DNA of 64,000 nt from an uncultured delta proteobacterium (GCA_963823725.1 CAWGMJ010000003.1:45649-109648), one strand, 5' to 3'; counted from the stretch's first letter, positions 44,357 to 54,912 are shown. The notes: generated by a model not told the origin, from the sequence alone. Numbers and translations: made by a program.

Positions 44357-45544
44357 TTATTTCAATGAGGCGACTGCCTTCTCTATCCTTTCCAGGCCTT
44401 TCTCAATAACATCCATCGATGTGGCGAATGAGAGCCGCAAATACCCTTCTTTGCCAAATTCAACCCCGGGGACAACAGCGGTATGGAATTCATCGAGAAG
44501 TATCTCGGTCCATGTCGTGGAATTATCGATGATCCGGTCCTTGTATTTCTTTCCGATCACGCAGTTAAAATTGGGGAATACGTAAAATGCACCCCGCGGA
44601 TCGTAGCAGGTAACGCCGTTTATGGCGCGCAGGCCTTTTACAAGAAAATCCTTTCTCTTTCTAAATTCAGTTACCATTGTGCCGATGCAGCTCTGGTCGC
44701 CATTCAAGGCGGCGACGGCTGCCATCTGGGCAATTGATGTGGGGTTGGATGTGCTCTGGCTCTGGATGTTCCCCATTGCCTTGACAATTGGGGCCGGGCC
44801 GGCGGTGTATCCTATCCTCCATCCTGTCATTGCGTATGTTTTTCCCACTCCGTGGCATATAATGGTCCGTTCCTTAAAGGAAGCATCCATCGAGGCAATG
44901 CTGATATGCTCGTAATCATAGACAAGTTTTTCGTATATCTCGTCGGAGATGAGGAAGAAATTATGTTCCACGGCCAACTTTCCGATGGCCTCGAGATTTT
45001 CGCGGTAAAAGACCGATCCAACAGGATTCGACGGGTAATTGAGAATAATTGCCTTCGTCTTCGGCGTCAGATATTTTTTAAGAAGCTCCGCCGTGATCTG
45101 GTAATCGTCTTCTTCCCTGGTTTCCACGATGACGGGTGTTCCGCCTGCCAGTTCGATCATGGGAGGGTATGACACCCAGAAAGGAGCAGGGACGATGACC
45201 TCGTCACCTTCCTGAAAAAGTACCTGGAAAAGATTATAGAGGCTATGTTTCCCGCCGCACGAAATGATGATCTCCTCACGTTTGTAGGAGAGCCCGTTAT
45301 CGCGGCTGAATTTGTCTATGACGGCATCCTTGAGAGGGTCTATCCCGGCAACCGGGGTGTACCGCGTGAAATTATCATGAATGGCCTTGATGGCGGCATC
45401 TTTTATGTGATCAGGAGTGTTAAAATCCGGCTCGCCCGCGCCAAACCCGGCTATATCTATGCCCTGGGCTTTAAGCATTTTTTCTTTTGCCGAGATCGCA
45501 AGTGTCGCTGAGGGTTTCAGTGAGGCAGCTCTTTTGGATAACAT
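44357..45544 (-). CDS. aspC: Aspartate/aromatic aminotransferase (class I PLP-dependent)
   Basis: Intact 395 aa. PLP lysine context GVGKTYAMTGWRIGY. NYPSNPVG. Confidence 0.9.
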   Translation of the reverse strand: MLSKRAASLKPSATLAISAKEKMLKAQGIDIAGFGAGEPDFNTPDHIKDAAIKAIHDNFTRYTPVAGIDPLKDAVIDKFSRDNGLSYKREEIIISCGGKHSLYNLFQVLFQEGDEVIVPAPFWVSYPPMIELAGGTPVIVETREEDDYQITAELLKKYLTPKTKAIILNYPSNPVGSVFYRENLEAIGKLAVEHNFFLISDEIYEKLVYDYEHISIASMDASFKERTIICHGVGKTYAMTGWRIGYTAGPAPIVKAMGNIQSQSTSNPTSIAQMAAVAALNGDQSCIGTMVTEFRKRKDFLVKGLRAINGVTCYDPRGAFYVFPNFNCVIGKKYKDRIIDNSTTWTEILLDEFHTAVVPGVEFGKEGYLRLSFATSMDVIEKGLERIEKAVASLK

Positions 45545-45637
45545 AACGGACTCCTTTGATTGTGATGTGCCCGATTCAGGCCTTAGTGCGGATACTTATT
45601 TACACCAGGCGGGAATAGCCTGTCAATCATATTCTGA

Positions 45638-47032
45638 TTAGGGTTGACAGGTTTTTTTCACGGTTACTTTCAGGAGATTCCGTGTAGTGCCTTCGAGCTT
45701 ATAATTTTCATTTATCCGGTGGCCTACGATCCATATTATCTCATTCCCCGAAAGCATAAGAGGGATATGCCTGCGGTCTTCGAGCGGGACCTTGCGGGAG
45801 ATAAAAAAATCCTTCAGCTTTACCGGCTGCTTCATGCCAAGCGGATGGATCCTGTCCCCGGGTCTGAATGTCCGGACTGTGAGGTCCTGGCATTTATCGG
45901 CGTCAAAATATGCAATAAAGGGATCCTTCGGAAAGGATAGGGGGGTTTTTTTCAGTGTCTTGACATTCACATCGATATTCAGGCGAGGGATATGATTGAT
46001 GCCGGCATGGAGTTCAAAAGCTTCGGTGGTTATCCCGGGAATGGGCCGCGTGCTAAGGACAAGTTTGCCGTATATCTTCTTCGCCTTAAGCCCCGACGGC
46101 AGGTCGACCCGCAAGTTCGGCCTGTCTGAAAAGACCAGCTTATCGATGAGGCGTATATGTTCCCGTAAAGGGATGAAAGAGGGGGCAAGGCGCATAAACA
46201 TATCGGCCATAACCCTGTACCGGACCTCTTCGTCGAGTTTCGCGAAGTCTCCGAGCGGTATCGTAATATCCTTTTCCGCATGGTGTGCCAATTTCATAAA
46301 TGCATCTTTCTTCTGATCAAAGATCGCGTTGATCCCGATGATATCATGAAGGAGGGATGCGATCTTTTCCCTGAATGCGGGGTTTAGCTCATCGAAAAGA
46401 GGCATGATCCTGTGCCGGATAAAATTGCGCTCATAGACGGTCTTCTTGTTCGAAGAATCCTCGACAAACTCAACCGAGTGATGCTCGGCAAATAACGCTA
46501 TCTCCGACCGGTATATAGTGAGAAACGGGCGGATTATCCTGTCCCGCATGGGCGGGATCGCCGATAGACCGCGGATACCCGAACCTTTGATAAGGCGAAG
46601 CATGAACGTCTCGATCTGATCATCAAGATTATGGGCTGTGGCAATTCGCGTAAATCCCTCGCTATCCGCAATTTCATTGAGAAACTGGTACCGGATGTCC
46701 CGTCCTGCATGCTGCACGGACAATCCATGCAATTGAGCATGGCCTTTTACGTCCGCTCTTTTCAGAAAAAACGGAAGGCCATATTTTGCTGCGATATTCC
46801 GGACGAAGGCCTCATCCCTTTCCGATTCCTGGCTGCGCAAAAGATGGTTTATATGGGCTACGCCCAACTCAAAGGCAATTTGCCTTCGGGCTTCATTGAG
46901 GACGAACAGCAATGTTGCCGAGTCTATCCCGCCGGAGAAGCCGACAAGAACGCGGTCCCTATCGGTGATGATCCCCTGTTCGCGAATAAGCCTTATTGTT
47001 CTGTTGATGAGGTCTGGGGAGAGTTTCGCCAC
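45638..47032 (-). CDS. tilS: tRNA(Ile)-lysidine synthetase
   Basis: PP-loop VGFSGGIDS. AHNLDDQIETFMLRLIKGSG. C-terminal TilS domain. Confidence 0.9.
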   Translation of the reverse strand: MAKLSPDLINRTIRLIREQGIITDRDRVLVGFSGGIDSATLLFVLNEARRQIAFELGVAHINHLLRSQESERDEAFVRNIAAKYGLPFFLKRADVKGHAQLHGLSVQHAGRDIRYQFLNEIADSEGFTRIATAHNLDDQIETFMLRLIKGSGIRGLSAIPPMRDRIIRPFLTIYRSEIALFAEHHSVEFVEDSSNKKTVYERNFIRHRIMPLFDELNPAFREKIASLLHDIIGINAIFDQKKDAFMKLAHHAEKDITIPLGDFAKLDEEVRYRVMADMFMRLAPSFIPLREHIRLIDKLVFSDRPNLRVDLPSGLKAKKIYGKLVLSTRPIPGITTEAFELHAGINHIPRLNIDVNVKTLKKTPLSFPKDPFIAYFDADKCQDLTVRTFRPGDRIHPLGMKQPVKLKDFFISRKVPLEDRRHIPLMLSGNEIIWIVGHRINENYKLEGTTRNLLKVTVKKTCQP

Positions 47033-47067
47033 GTTGAATTCTTAATTGTCCCGGATGGGCATCGGCA

Positions 47068-47286
47068 TCATGAGCAGCTTGAACAATCGGACGATGAACA
47101 GCCGCTGCATCCGCCGCCTGTTTTACCCGAAGATTTGAATTTAGATCCGACGGAAAAACCAAACGATGACATATTCTTTTGAGGGTCTTTGGCGCCGCAT
47201 TCGGGGCATTCCGGCGTGTCGTCGCCGAATATTATGACTTCGAATTCATTGCCGCATTTCCGGCATGTATATTCGTATATAGGCAT
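47068..47286 (-). CDS. FmdB-family zinc-ribbon protein
   Basis: MPIYEYTCRKCGNEFE....CPECG plus Cys/Ser/Gly-rich tail. Confidence 0.85.
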   Translation of the reverse strand: MPIYEYTCRKCGNEFEVIIFGDDTPECPECGAKDPQKNMSSFGFSVGSKFKSSGKTGGGCSGCSSSDCSSCS

Positions 47287-47298
47287 TGAATCCTCCTG

Positions 47299-48183
47299 CT
47301 ATCTCCTTTTCTTCTTCATTTCTCTGGTAAGGTCTGCTATGAGTCTCTTTAACGGCTCACGATACGGGAACTTGATATTTTCATCAACTTTCATGGTGCT
47401 GGCTCGTTCGGCAAGCGCAAGGGCCCGGGTAAACATGTTCTTGAAATAAAAATAATTGGCCGATGAATAAAGGTACAAGAATAAGGCGGCATTGTTCGAG
47501 CTATCCATTCGGATAATACGCTTAAAGAGCTTTCTTGCCGTTTCAAAATATTCACTTTCAAGATAACTTGTCGCCGTCTTGAGTATGAGAAGCTTTCTCC
47601 CGTCTTTATAGGCCATCGACAGTATTTCATCAAAGCCCTTCCGCCCGTAGCTTTTGATTATAAGTTTTTCATTTTCATAGAGGAAACGGGGAAGGAGATA
47701 ATTTTCTTTATAGAGGAGGATAAGGTCTTTTAGCTGTGCGACAAGTTCGTCTGCAAGCGTGGCTACCTCTTTGAATTCCTCCTTCAATCGCGCCTGGGCT
47801 TTTCTGACAAGCACTCCGATTTCGTTAACTATCTTTCGTTCCTGCGGACTTAAGTTCTGCTGGGCTATTTCTGACTGAGGCTGATAATATTCCAGCAGAT
47901 AGAGGTTCTCCCGAAGCTTCATCGCCCCGTGAAACGTATAGCCCACAGTGATATCGAAAAGTTTCTCCTTATAGCTGGCCTCGGTCGAATTGCGGAAAAG
48001 GTCGTGGCACATTTCTTTAAGCCTGAACAGACAGCTTCTTCCCCGGTCATCGACGAAATCCTGTATATTTTCAAAGAACAGCTTCTGCTGGCGTAAAAGG
48101 ACCTTGCATTCCCTGGCTTTTTCATAAACACATAAAGATTCCTTGATAAGATCGATCTGTTTTTTATCAAGATTGGTTACCAT
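47299..48183 (-). CDS. Hypothetical helical protein
   Basis: Intact 294-aa ORF overlapping the ftsH stop by 17 nt. No motif recognised. Confidence 0.5.
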   Translation of the reverse strand: MVTNLDKKQIDLIKESLCVYEKARECKVLLRQQKLFFENIQDFVDDRGRSCLFRLKEMCHDLFRNSTEASYKEKLFDITVGYTFHGAMKLRENLYLLEYYQPQSEIAQQNLSPQERKIVNEIGVLVRKAQARLKEEFKEVATLADELVAQLKDLILLYKENYLLPRFLYENEKLIIKSYGRKGFDEILSMAYKDGRKLLILKTATSYLESEYFETARKLFKRIIRMDSSNNAALFLYLYSSANYFYFKNMFTRALALAERASTMKVDENIKFPYREPLKRLIADLTREMKKKRR

Positions 48184-50074
48184 GATCTCCCTCCGCGTAT
48201 TCCTTTAGCATTTTCCTCAGCTCTTCGCCGTCGATGGATTCTTTTTCAAGGAGAGTTCTGGCAACGAAAATGAGCAGATCTTTTTTGCCGCTGAGCGTGT
48301 TATTGACTTTCGTATATACATGTTCGATGATCGACCGCACCTCGTTATCTATCTCGCGGGCAGTCTCTTCACTGTAATCCCTGGTCGCCGAACCCGGTAT
48401 CTCGAGGAAAAGAGGTTTTCGCTCCTCTTCAAACGTCATGTGCCCGAGCCTGTCGCTCATGCCGTATTGCTTGACCATTGACTTCGCGATGTCGGTTGCT
48501 CGTGCCAGGTCGTTCTGGGCCCCCGTTGATATTTCGTGAAACACTATTTCTTCGGCTATCCTGCCGCCAAGCAGGACACACATGCGATCGATGAGTTCGG
48601 TGCGTGTCATGAGATACCTGTCTTCGGTAGGAAGCTGCATAGTATATCCGAGAGCCGAGATGCCCCGGGGGATTATCGATATCTTGTGAACCGGATCGGT
48701 GGTTTCGAGAAACTCCGCCATCAATGCATGGCCGGTTTCATGATGCGCCACGATCTCTTTTTCCTTCTTGCTCATCACTCTTTTCTTTTTTTCAAGGCCG
48801 GCAACCACACGGTCGATGGATTCTTCGAATTCCTCCATTGCCACCGAGCTTTTACCTTTTCGTGCAGCAAGCAGGGCAGCTTCATTGATGATGTTTGCCA
48901 GGTCAGCCCCGACAAAACCGGGTGTTCTCGCAGCTATTACTCCAAGATCGACATCCCCGCCAAGCTTGACGTCCTTAATATGCACCTTAAGGATCGCTTC
49001 GCGTCCTTTTATATCAGGCCGGTCAACCAGAACATGGCGATCGAACCTGCCCGGCCTCAGCAGCGCAGGGTCGAGGATCTCCGGCCGGTTCGTAGCGCCG
49101 ACAATGATCACGCCGGTTTTCGTCTCAAATCCGTCCATTTCAGCGAGCAGCTGATTAAGCGTTTGTTCGCGCTCATCGTGGGATGACAGGGGATTCATTC
49201 CGCGCGCCTTTCCGAGTGCATCAAGCTCATCTATAAAGATAATGCATGGCGCTTTTTGCTGTGCCTGCGAAAACAGGTCCCGTACGCGCGAGGCCCCAAC
49301 ACCGACGAACATTTCGACGAAATCGGAACCGCTCATGCTGAAAAAGGGGACTTTAGCTTCTCCGGCAACGGCTTTCGCCAGAAGCGTCTTGCCTGTGCCG
49401 GGAGGACCGACAAGAAGTATCCCCTTTGGTATCTTTCCGCCCAGATCGAGAAATTTTTGAGGAAAGCGGAGATACTCTATGATCTCCTCGAGTTCCTCTT
49501 TTGCCTCGTCAACTCCCGCAACGTCATTGAAGGTGATCTTTATCTCGTCTTCACCATATATTTTCCCGCGGCTTTTCCCGAAATTAAGGACGCCCGACGG
49601 CGCGCCGCCCATCCTGCGCATGAGGAGGTTCCAGATCAGGATAATAATGGCAAAGGGAAGGACCCATTCGATAATAATGCGGAGGAGTTTGTTTTCGAAT
49701 GATCCGGAAAATTTTATGTTGGCTTTCTGGAGGTCCTTCACGAGGTCCGGGTCTTCCACCCTGCTGGTCACAAATTTTACCTGCTTCCCGTCTTCCTTCG
49801 TTACCATCCCCTGGACCTTTTCATTATCTACCATAAGGTCGGCAATTTTTTTCTGGGCTATGAGGGTCTTGAATTCGCTGTAAGGGATCGTCCTGATCTC
49901 AGACCGTAAAGACAGATAGCTGTGGATGAGGAAGATGCCGACAATTGCGATGATAAAATAGAGGAAGGTAAAATTCTTTTTTTTCTTTTCCTTGCTGTTG
50001 CCGTTCTTTATCTCGAGAATGATATCTTTGCGTTTTTTAACGTTTTTTTTAGATTCCGACTTGTCTTTCGGCAT
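48167..50074 (-). CDS. ftsH: ATP-dependent zinc metalloprotease FtsH
   Basis: Walker A GPPGTGKT, Walker [19 protein letters not shown] zinc site. Start chosen at MPKDK. The ORF is open to 50221. Confidence 0.93.
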   Translation of the reverse strand: MPKDKSESKKNVKKRKDIILEIKNGNSKEKKKKNFTFLYFIIAIVGIFLIHSYLSLRSEIRTIPYSEFKTLIAQKKIADLMVDNEKVQGMVTKEDGKQVKFVTSRVEDPDLVKDLQKANIKFSGSFENKLLRIIIEWVLPFAIIILIWNLLMRRMGGAPSGVLNFGKSRGKIYGEDEIKITFNDVAGVDEAKEELEEIIEYLRFPQKFLDLGGKIPKGILLVGPPGTGKTLLAKAVAGEAKVPFFSMSGSDFVEMFVGVGASRVRDLFSQAQQKAPCIIFIDELDALGKARGMNPLSSHDEREQTLNQLLAEMDGFETKTGVIIVGATNRPEILDPALLRPGRFDRHVLVDRPDIKGREAILKVHIKDVKLGGDVDLGVIAARTPGFVGADLANIINEAALLAARKGKSSVAMEEFEESIDRVVAGLEKKKRVMSKKEKEIVAHHETGHALMAEFLETTDPVHKISIIPRGISALGYTMQLPTEDRYLMTRTELIDRMCVLLGGRIAEEIVFHEISTGAQNDLARATDIAKSMVKQYGMSDRLGHMTFEEERKPLFLEIPGSATRDYSEETAREIDNEVRSIIEHVYTKVNNTLSGKKDLLIFVARTLLEKESIDGEELRKMLKEYAEGDHGNQS

Positions 50075-50255
50075 AGTAAAGCATATCAGAAAATAATAAG
50101 CTTTAAAATATGTTTCTCTGTGCCGGTTCGCAGCGTTTTTACCCGGTCGTGCGGCCGTCCAATTTCCGGTTCGGTTTACAAAACCGGACGCGGTGCTATA
50201 GATTCCCTGTAGGCTCGACAAGGACTATGCATCCCCTTCGTGCCGGGAGCAACAG

Positions 50256-52211
50256 ATGGAAGAAGTAGATCCATTATTCGGACAATTATCCGGTATCCAG
50301 TTATTCACGCTCTTCAGTCATGCAAGCCATGAGGGAATTCTGCTTCTCGATGACAAAGGAAAGATCGTTTACGCCAATTTGGCCGCGTTTACCATTACCG
50401 GCAGGGAGAAAGATCAGGGAGCAGGTCTCGGGGTCCATGAATTTCTGAGGCCCTGCAATTATTCCGCTGAGCAACGGCTTGATATGGCCATCACCGAAGC
50501 TTTGCCCGTTGCCTCATTGCCGGACAGACCAATCGGGTCAGATAATATCCTGGAACTATCGATAATGGGGAAAGGCGGCAAAGAAACTTCTATAGAATTA
50601 TCTCTTGCCTCCGAAAAAGTCGCAGGAAAATGGCATATCATGGTCTTTTTCAGGGATGTGACCGATAAAATAAAGGCCCGGGAATCCCTGCGAAAATCGG
50701 AAAGGAAATATAGAAAGCTGTTTGAGGATACCAAAGACGCGATTATCATGACAACGCCCGAAGGAAGGATCATAGATATAAACAGGGCGGGCCTGGAAAT
50801 GTTCGGGTACACGAGTAAAGACGAGATGATGAAACTGAATGTGGCCCGCGATCTGTACTTAATTCCCGAGGAACACGCAAGTTTCAGGGCGGGGATCGAA
50901 CGCTACGGGAGCGCGACCATGCACGATCTTTCGCTCAAACGCAAGGACGGAACAATGATCATGGTTTCGGTGACCGTAAATGCCGTCTACGATGAAGTGG
51001 GCGAGATCGTTGTTTTTCACGGCATAATGCGTGACATTACCGGTATCAGGCAGCTTGAACATCAGGTCGAGGTCTATCAAAAGATGGATGCAGTCAGAAG
51101 CTTGATAGGTGACATAGCGCACCACTTTAACAATATACTCAACATCATTGTCGGCAATGCGCAGCTTGCTAAAATATCCCCCGATTGCAGCGATCAGATA
51201 GGGTCCTATCTTTCCAGGATCGAGGACGAGGCTTTCACGGCCGCGGATATGGTCGATGAACTTCTGGCGTCAGGGTGTAAGCACCCGATGGATATGCACA
51301 CGGTGAATATCGTCGACATGGTGGGAGATTTTGAGAAGCTGATACGGAATGTTGTCGGCACCGGCATTTTATTGCTGGTGGCTTTTGCTGGCGAGCAGAT
51401 CCCGGTCAGGTTGGATATCGCGAGAATAGGCCAGGCGCTTCTCAACATCGTCGTCAATGCCCGCGAGGCCATGAACGGGGCGGGCACCTTAACGGTCCGG
51501 ATATATACAGAAGAAATAAAAGATCTTACGACATCGCTCGATGGCCAGATCACGCCCGGTCCGTATGCTGTCGTCTCCATAGCTGACACAGGACGTGGAG
51601 TTGATCGCACCCTGATCGACAAAATTTTCGAACCTTTTTTTACCACAGACACGTCCGGCGAGAAAAAAGGCCTCGGGCTCAGTGTGGTATTGGGGATTAT
51701 CAAGCAACACGGCGGATTCGTAATGTGCGAGAGCGAAGAAGGCAAAGGTGCGGTATTCAAGATCTATTTGCCGGTATCATCTGAAAGATCGAAGGAGCAA
51801 AAGTTTTTAGAAGAGGAAGAAGCGGGCGGCGCGGAAACCATTCTGATAGGCGAAGATGACGAGGCCTTGAGGAAGGTCACGTCAGAATACCTCGATAAGC
51901 TTGGTTATCGTGTCATCATGGCAGAAGATGGCAGGGAAGCCCTTGATATATTCCGGGAGCGGTACGGGGAAATAGATATAGCCCTCATCGATATTGCTAT
52001 GCCGGGCATGGGCGGGCTCGACGCATATCATGAGATAAAGCAGATAAAACCGCGCATTCCCGTATTGTTCATGACAGGGTACAATCTTGAAACCGCAAAC
52101 CTGAAGACGGCAACAGGCAAGGGGGGGATAAATGTGATCCGCAAACCATTCACAATGGCAGCCCTGGCAAGGAAAATAAGGGGAATCCTTGATAGAGACA
52201 GTGAAGAGTGA
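50256..52211 (+). CDS. Hybrid sensor histidine kinase (2 PAS, HisKA, HATPase, REC)
   Basis: H-box IGDIAHHFNNILNII; NIVVNAREAM; DTGRGV; GLGLS. Receiver ILIGEDDE...IALIDIAMPGMGG. Confidence 0.9.
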   Translation: MEEVDPLFGQLSGIQLFTLFSHASHEGILLLDDKGKIVYANLAAFTITGREKDQGAGLGVHEFLRPCNYSAEQRLDMAITEALPVASLPDRPIGSDNILELSIMGKGGKETSIELSLASEKVAGKWHIMVFFRDVTDKIKARESLRKSERKYRKLFEDTKDAIIMTTPEGRIIDINRAGLEMFGYTSKDEMMKLNVARDLYLIPEEHASFRAGIERYGSATMHDLSLKRKDGTMIMVSVTVNAVYDEVGEIVVFHGIMRDITGIRQLEHQVEVYQKMDAVRSLIGDIAHHFNNILNIIVGNAQLAKISPDCSDQIGSYLSRIEDEAFTAADMVDELLASGCKHPMDMHTVNIVDMVGDFEKLIRNVVGTGILLLVAFAGEQIPVRLDIARIGQALLNIVVNAREAMNGAGTLTVRIYTEEIKDLTTSLDGQITPGPYAVVSIADTGRGVDRTLIDKIFEPFFTTDTSGEKKGLGLSVVLGIIKQHGGFVMCESEEGKGAVFKIYLPVSSERSKEQKFLEEEEAGGAETILIGEDDEALRKVTSEYLDKLGYRVIMAEDGREALDIFRERYGEIDIALIDIAMPGMGGLDAYHEIKQIKPRIPVLFMTGYNLETANLKTATGKGGINVIRKPFTMAALARKIRGILDRDSEE

Positions 52212-52404
52212 GGAGCAAATAGTGAGGAGTAAATAGTGAGGAGTGAGGAGTGAGGATATCATTGAAAGACTGCCCTTGAGGCAGATATATAACAGACCGG
52301 GAAGCATGAACCCGGGGAGAGTGTAACCCATGTGTCCGGAATAAAGTGTAACCTATGTGTCCGGACCATACCCTCCTTACTATTTACTCCTCACTCCTTA
52401 CTGT
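52201..52404. repeat. Heptamer-array inverted repeat, GTGAGGA type, with IS-end remnant in the loop
   Basis: Left arm 52201-52256 (GTGAAGA GTGAGGA GCAAATA GTGAGGA GTAAATA GTGAGGA GTGAGGA GTGAGGA). Right arm 52371-52404 (CCCTCCTTACTATTTACTCCTCACTCCTTACTGT). Between the convergent kinase and serA stops. Confidence 0.9.
52259..52364 (+). mobile_element. Solo end remnant (transposase C-terminus plus IRR) of the IS481-like element
   Basis: Translates IERLPLRQIYNRPGSM..., matching the C-terminus recovered at 17880-17940. Followed by doubled GTGTAACC(C/T)ATGTGTCCGG. Confidence 0.7.
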
Positions 52405-52406
52405 CT

Positions 52407-54029
52407 CTACAGATGTATTTCCGTGGCTTCGATCATTCCGTCTATGGCGCGGATGTGTTTCAGGACGTCCGGGCCGATGGGGTCATCGACAGATATAAAC
52501 GCGACTTCCTCACCGCTTTGGATCCGGGATAGACTGAAACTCGCTATATTGATCCCATGATTGCCGAGGATAGTACCGACTGTGCCTATAACCCCCGGCC
52601 TGTCGATGATCTTGAACGCAAGGAATGTGCCTTCAGGTACCATGTCCAGGTGAAAACGGTCGAGAAGCACGATCCGCCCGAGCTTGTCAGGAAAGACGGT
52701 CCCGGCTATGCTGATCTCCTCGACATCGGTTTTCAGATTAAAGATTATCAGGTCATTAAATTTATCGAATGCGTCTGTTTTTGATTCTTCGACAACAATG
52801 TTGCGGTCCTTGGCCAGATAGGGGGCATTGATATATGTTACCGTACCCTGCAGGCTTACTTTGAGAAATCCGTTAAGGCCGGCGATGGTAAAGGGCTGGT
52901 AGCTGAACGGGACGTCAAATTTACGTTCACAAAGGTCTTCCTCGAAATTTTTCCCGACCATCACGACATTTATTTTTTCGGGCCGCCCCTTAGATATCTG
53001 GGCTGCGAACTTGCCTATTTTTTCCGCTACCTTAAAATAGAGTTGGAGATGATCGGGGAGGAGCGATGTCATAAACGGTATATTGACACCGTGCTGATAG
53101 GGCCGTCCGTGCAGGGCATTCAAGACCTGCTCGGCGATAATTGCCGATACGGCTTTCTGGCCTTCTGCGGTGTTGGCGCCTAAATGCGGTGTAACAAAAA
53201 CATTCTCGAGCGCGAGGAATTTTGTATTTGTAGGCGGTTCGTCGACAAATACATCGATACCTGCGGCAAATATCCTGCCTGACACCATGCAGTTATACAG
53301 GTCCTCTTCATTGACAATGCCGCCCCGGGCACAATTAACGAGAATGGCATCATCTTTCACAAGCGCCAGTTTCTCGGCAGTGATCATGTTATTGGTTATA
53401 GCTGTCAGCGGAGTATGGATGGTGATCACATCGGCTGTCTTTAAAAGGTCATCGAGGCTGTCGTAGAGGGTGACGCTCAGTGAGTCGGCTTTGCTTTTTT
53501 TAATGTAAGGATCGTACGCAATGACCTTCATCCCGAAAGCCCTGGCGCGAATGGCGACATTGCTTCCGATACGTCCGAGGCCTATAATGCCGAGTGTCTT
53601 ATTGTAAAGTTCGATCCCCATGAATTTCTTTCTGTCCCATTTTCCATCTTTGAGGGAATTGTTTGCGAGCGGGATCTTCCGGGCAGCAGTAAGTATCTGT
53701 CCCATCGTTAACTCTGTTGCAGCGAGCGTATTTCCTGTCGGGGCATTGAGGACAATAAGGCCCTTTTTACTGGCTGCTTCGATATCGATATTATCGACTC
53801 CGACACCGGCACGGCCGATTATCTTGAGCCGGCCCGGGTTTTCTACGAGGTCTTCCTTTATTGTCGTGCCGCTGCGGGTAATGATCGCATCATAATTGCC
53901 GATGATCTTTTTTAATTCATCGAGCTTTATGCCTGCCTGTACTTCAACTTCGACCTCATTATCCGCCGCGAGTATTTTGAGCCCTTCTTCGGCGAGATGA
54001 TCCGTGACCAAAATCTTGAATTTTTCCAT
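52407..54029 (-). CDS. serA: D-3-phosphoglycerate dehydrogenase (long form with ACT domain)
   Basis: Intact 540 aa. NAD motif GIIGLGRIGS. Catalytic region NCARGG..., C-terminal ASB and ACT domains. Confidence 0.93.
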   Translation of the reverse strand: MEKFKILVTDHLAEEGLKILAADNEVEVEVQAGIKLDELKKIIGNYDAIITRSGTTIKEDLVENPGRLKIIGRAGVGVDNIDIEAASKKGLIVLNAPTGNTLAATELTMGQILTAARKIPLANNSLKDGKWDRKKFMGIELYNKTLGIIGLGRIGSNVAIRARAFGMKVIAYDPYIKKSKADSLSVTLYDSLDDLLKTADVITIHTPLTAITNNMITAEKLALVKDDAILVNCARGGIVNEEDLYNCMVSGRIFAAGIDVFVDEPPTNTKFLALENVFVTPHLGANTAEGQKAVSAIIAEQVLNALHGRPYQHGVNIPFMTSLLPDHLQLYFKVAEKIGKFAAQISKGRPEKINVVMVGKNFEEDLCERKFDVPFSYQPFTIAGLNGFLKVSLQGTVTYINAPYLAKDRNIVVEESKTDAFDKFNDLIIFNLKTDVEEISIAGTVFPDKLGRIVLLDRFHLDMVPEGTFLAFKIIDRPGVIGTVGTILGNHGINIASFSLSRIQSGEEVAFISVDDPIGPDVLKHIRAIDGMIEATEIHL

Positions 54030-54140
54030 TAAAATCCGCCTAAGTTATTATTTCTTGTAATATTTCAATGCTCGTGATATACGTAACGACAGTAAAAGAT
54101 ACCACCCGTACTAAGAAAAAGCAAGACAGGACCTTGAGTT

Positions 54141-54908
54141 GTGCAAAAGAACCAAATCGCTGAAGAAAAAGTTCTATCCCGGAATGATGCAGAGCTAAAC
54201 GGCGAAGCGCATAGCAGGCGTCCTATCATTAATCGCAGCAATCTCCGGGACATTATCATAGTTGTCTGCTTTATTTCCGCAATATTATATGATCTTGATT
54301 GGATCAGGCTTGCCCTGTCCGGCGTTCTTTTGATCGGTGGATGTTTCTTTCATTACATGACGAAGGGCGTTCTCATCCGTAATGTGGTCCTTTGCCAGAC
54401 GGGAACGTACAAGGTTGTGCGGCATCCGTATTATATGGCCAATTATCTTATAGATTCGAGTTTTTGCCTGATGAGCGGGAACGTATATCTGCTTTTGATA
54501 TACCCGTTCTTATTTTATTGGTCATACGGCCCCACGATCAGGCAGGAGGAAACGACACTTGCAAAGCTTCACGAAAGCGACTTCCTTCGCTACAGCCTCA
54601 AGGTTCCCCAGATCTTTCCCGATGCATATTCTATACGCGACATGAAGGAAATAGCGAAGGGGTTTTCGACCAAGCGAATAACCCGCAACGAAATATCCCG
54701 CTTCATGCGGTTCTGGGCAACAGGTTGTTTTATACTCTTCATCCATACCTTTAAAATATCCAACCTTGAAATGCTCTGGCATTTCGATCTTAATTATATC
54801 CGCGATTATCCTCAAGGTTTTGCACTATTTGCGTTCACCCTGGTCTTGTTTATCGCCAGCCTTCTGGTGCAATGCAAAAGAGGCCGTACCCTTTATAAGA
54901 TCGAATAA
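54141..54908 (+). CDS. Isoprenylcysteine carboxyl/phospholipid methyltransferase-family membrane protein
   Basis: Multi-TM. GTYKVVRHPYYMANYL...RQEETTLAKLHESDFLRY is the ICMT/PEMT signature. Confidence 0.75.
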   Translation: MQKNQIAEEKVLSRNDAELNGEAHSRRPIINRSNLRDIIIVVCFISAILYDLDWIRLALSGVLLIGGCFFHYMTKGVLIRNVVLCQTGTYKVVRHPYYMANYLIDSSFCLMSGNVYLLLIYPFLFYWSYGPTIRQEETTLAKLHESDFLRYSLKVPQIFPDAYSIRDMKEIAKGFSTKRITRNEISRFMRFWATGCFILFIHTFKISNLEMLWHFDLNYIRDYPQGFALFAFTLVLFIASLLVQCKRGRTLYKIE

Positions 54909-54912
54909 ATTA

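Noticed and set aside
50075-50221. 49-residue N-terminal extension of FtsH
   Set aside because: The extension has no TM or FtsH-like sequence. MPKDK, followed by a basic stretch and the first TM segment, is the plausible start.
52201-52256. Heptamer arrays as a CRISPR array
   Set aside because: The units are 7 nt and contiguous, with no spacers. No cas genes are in the window.
54766-54912. Upstream start of the ArnT-like gene overlapping the methyltransferase gene
   Set aside because: It would overlap the 3' end of 54141-54908 by ~140 nt. The ATG at 54913, right after that stop, gives a normal N-terminus.
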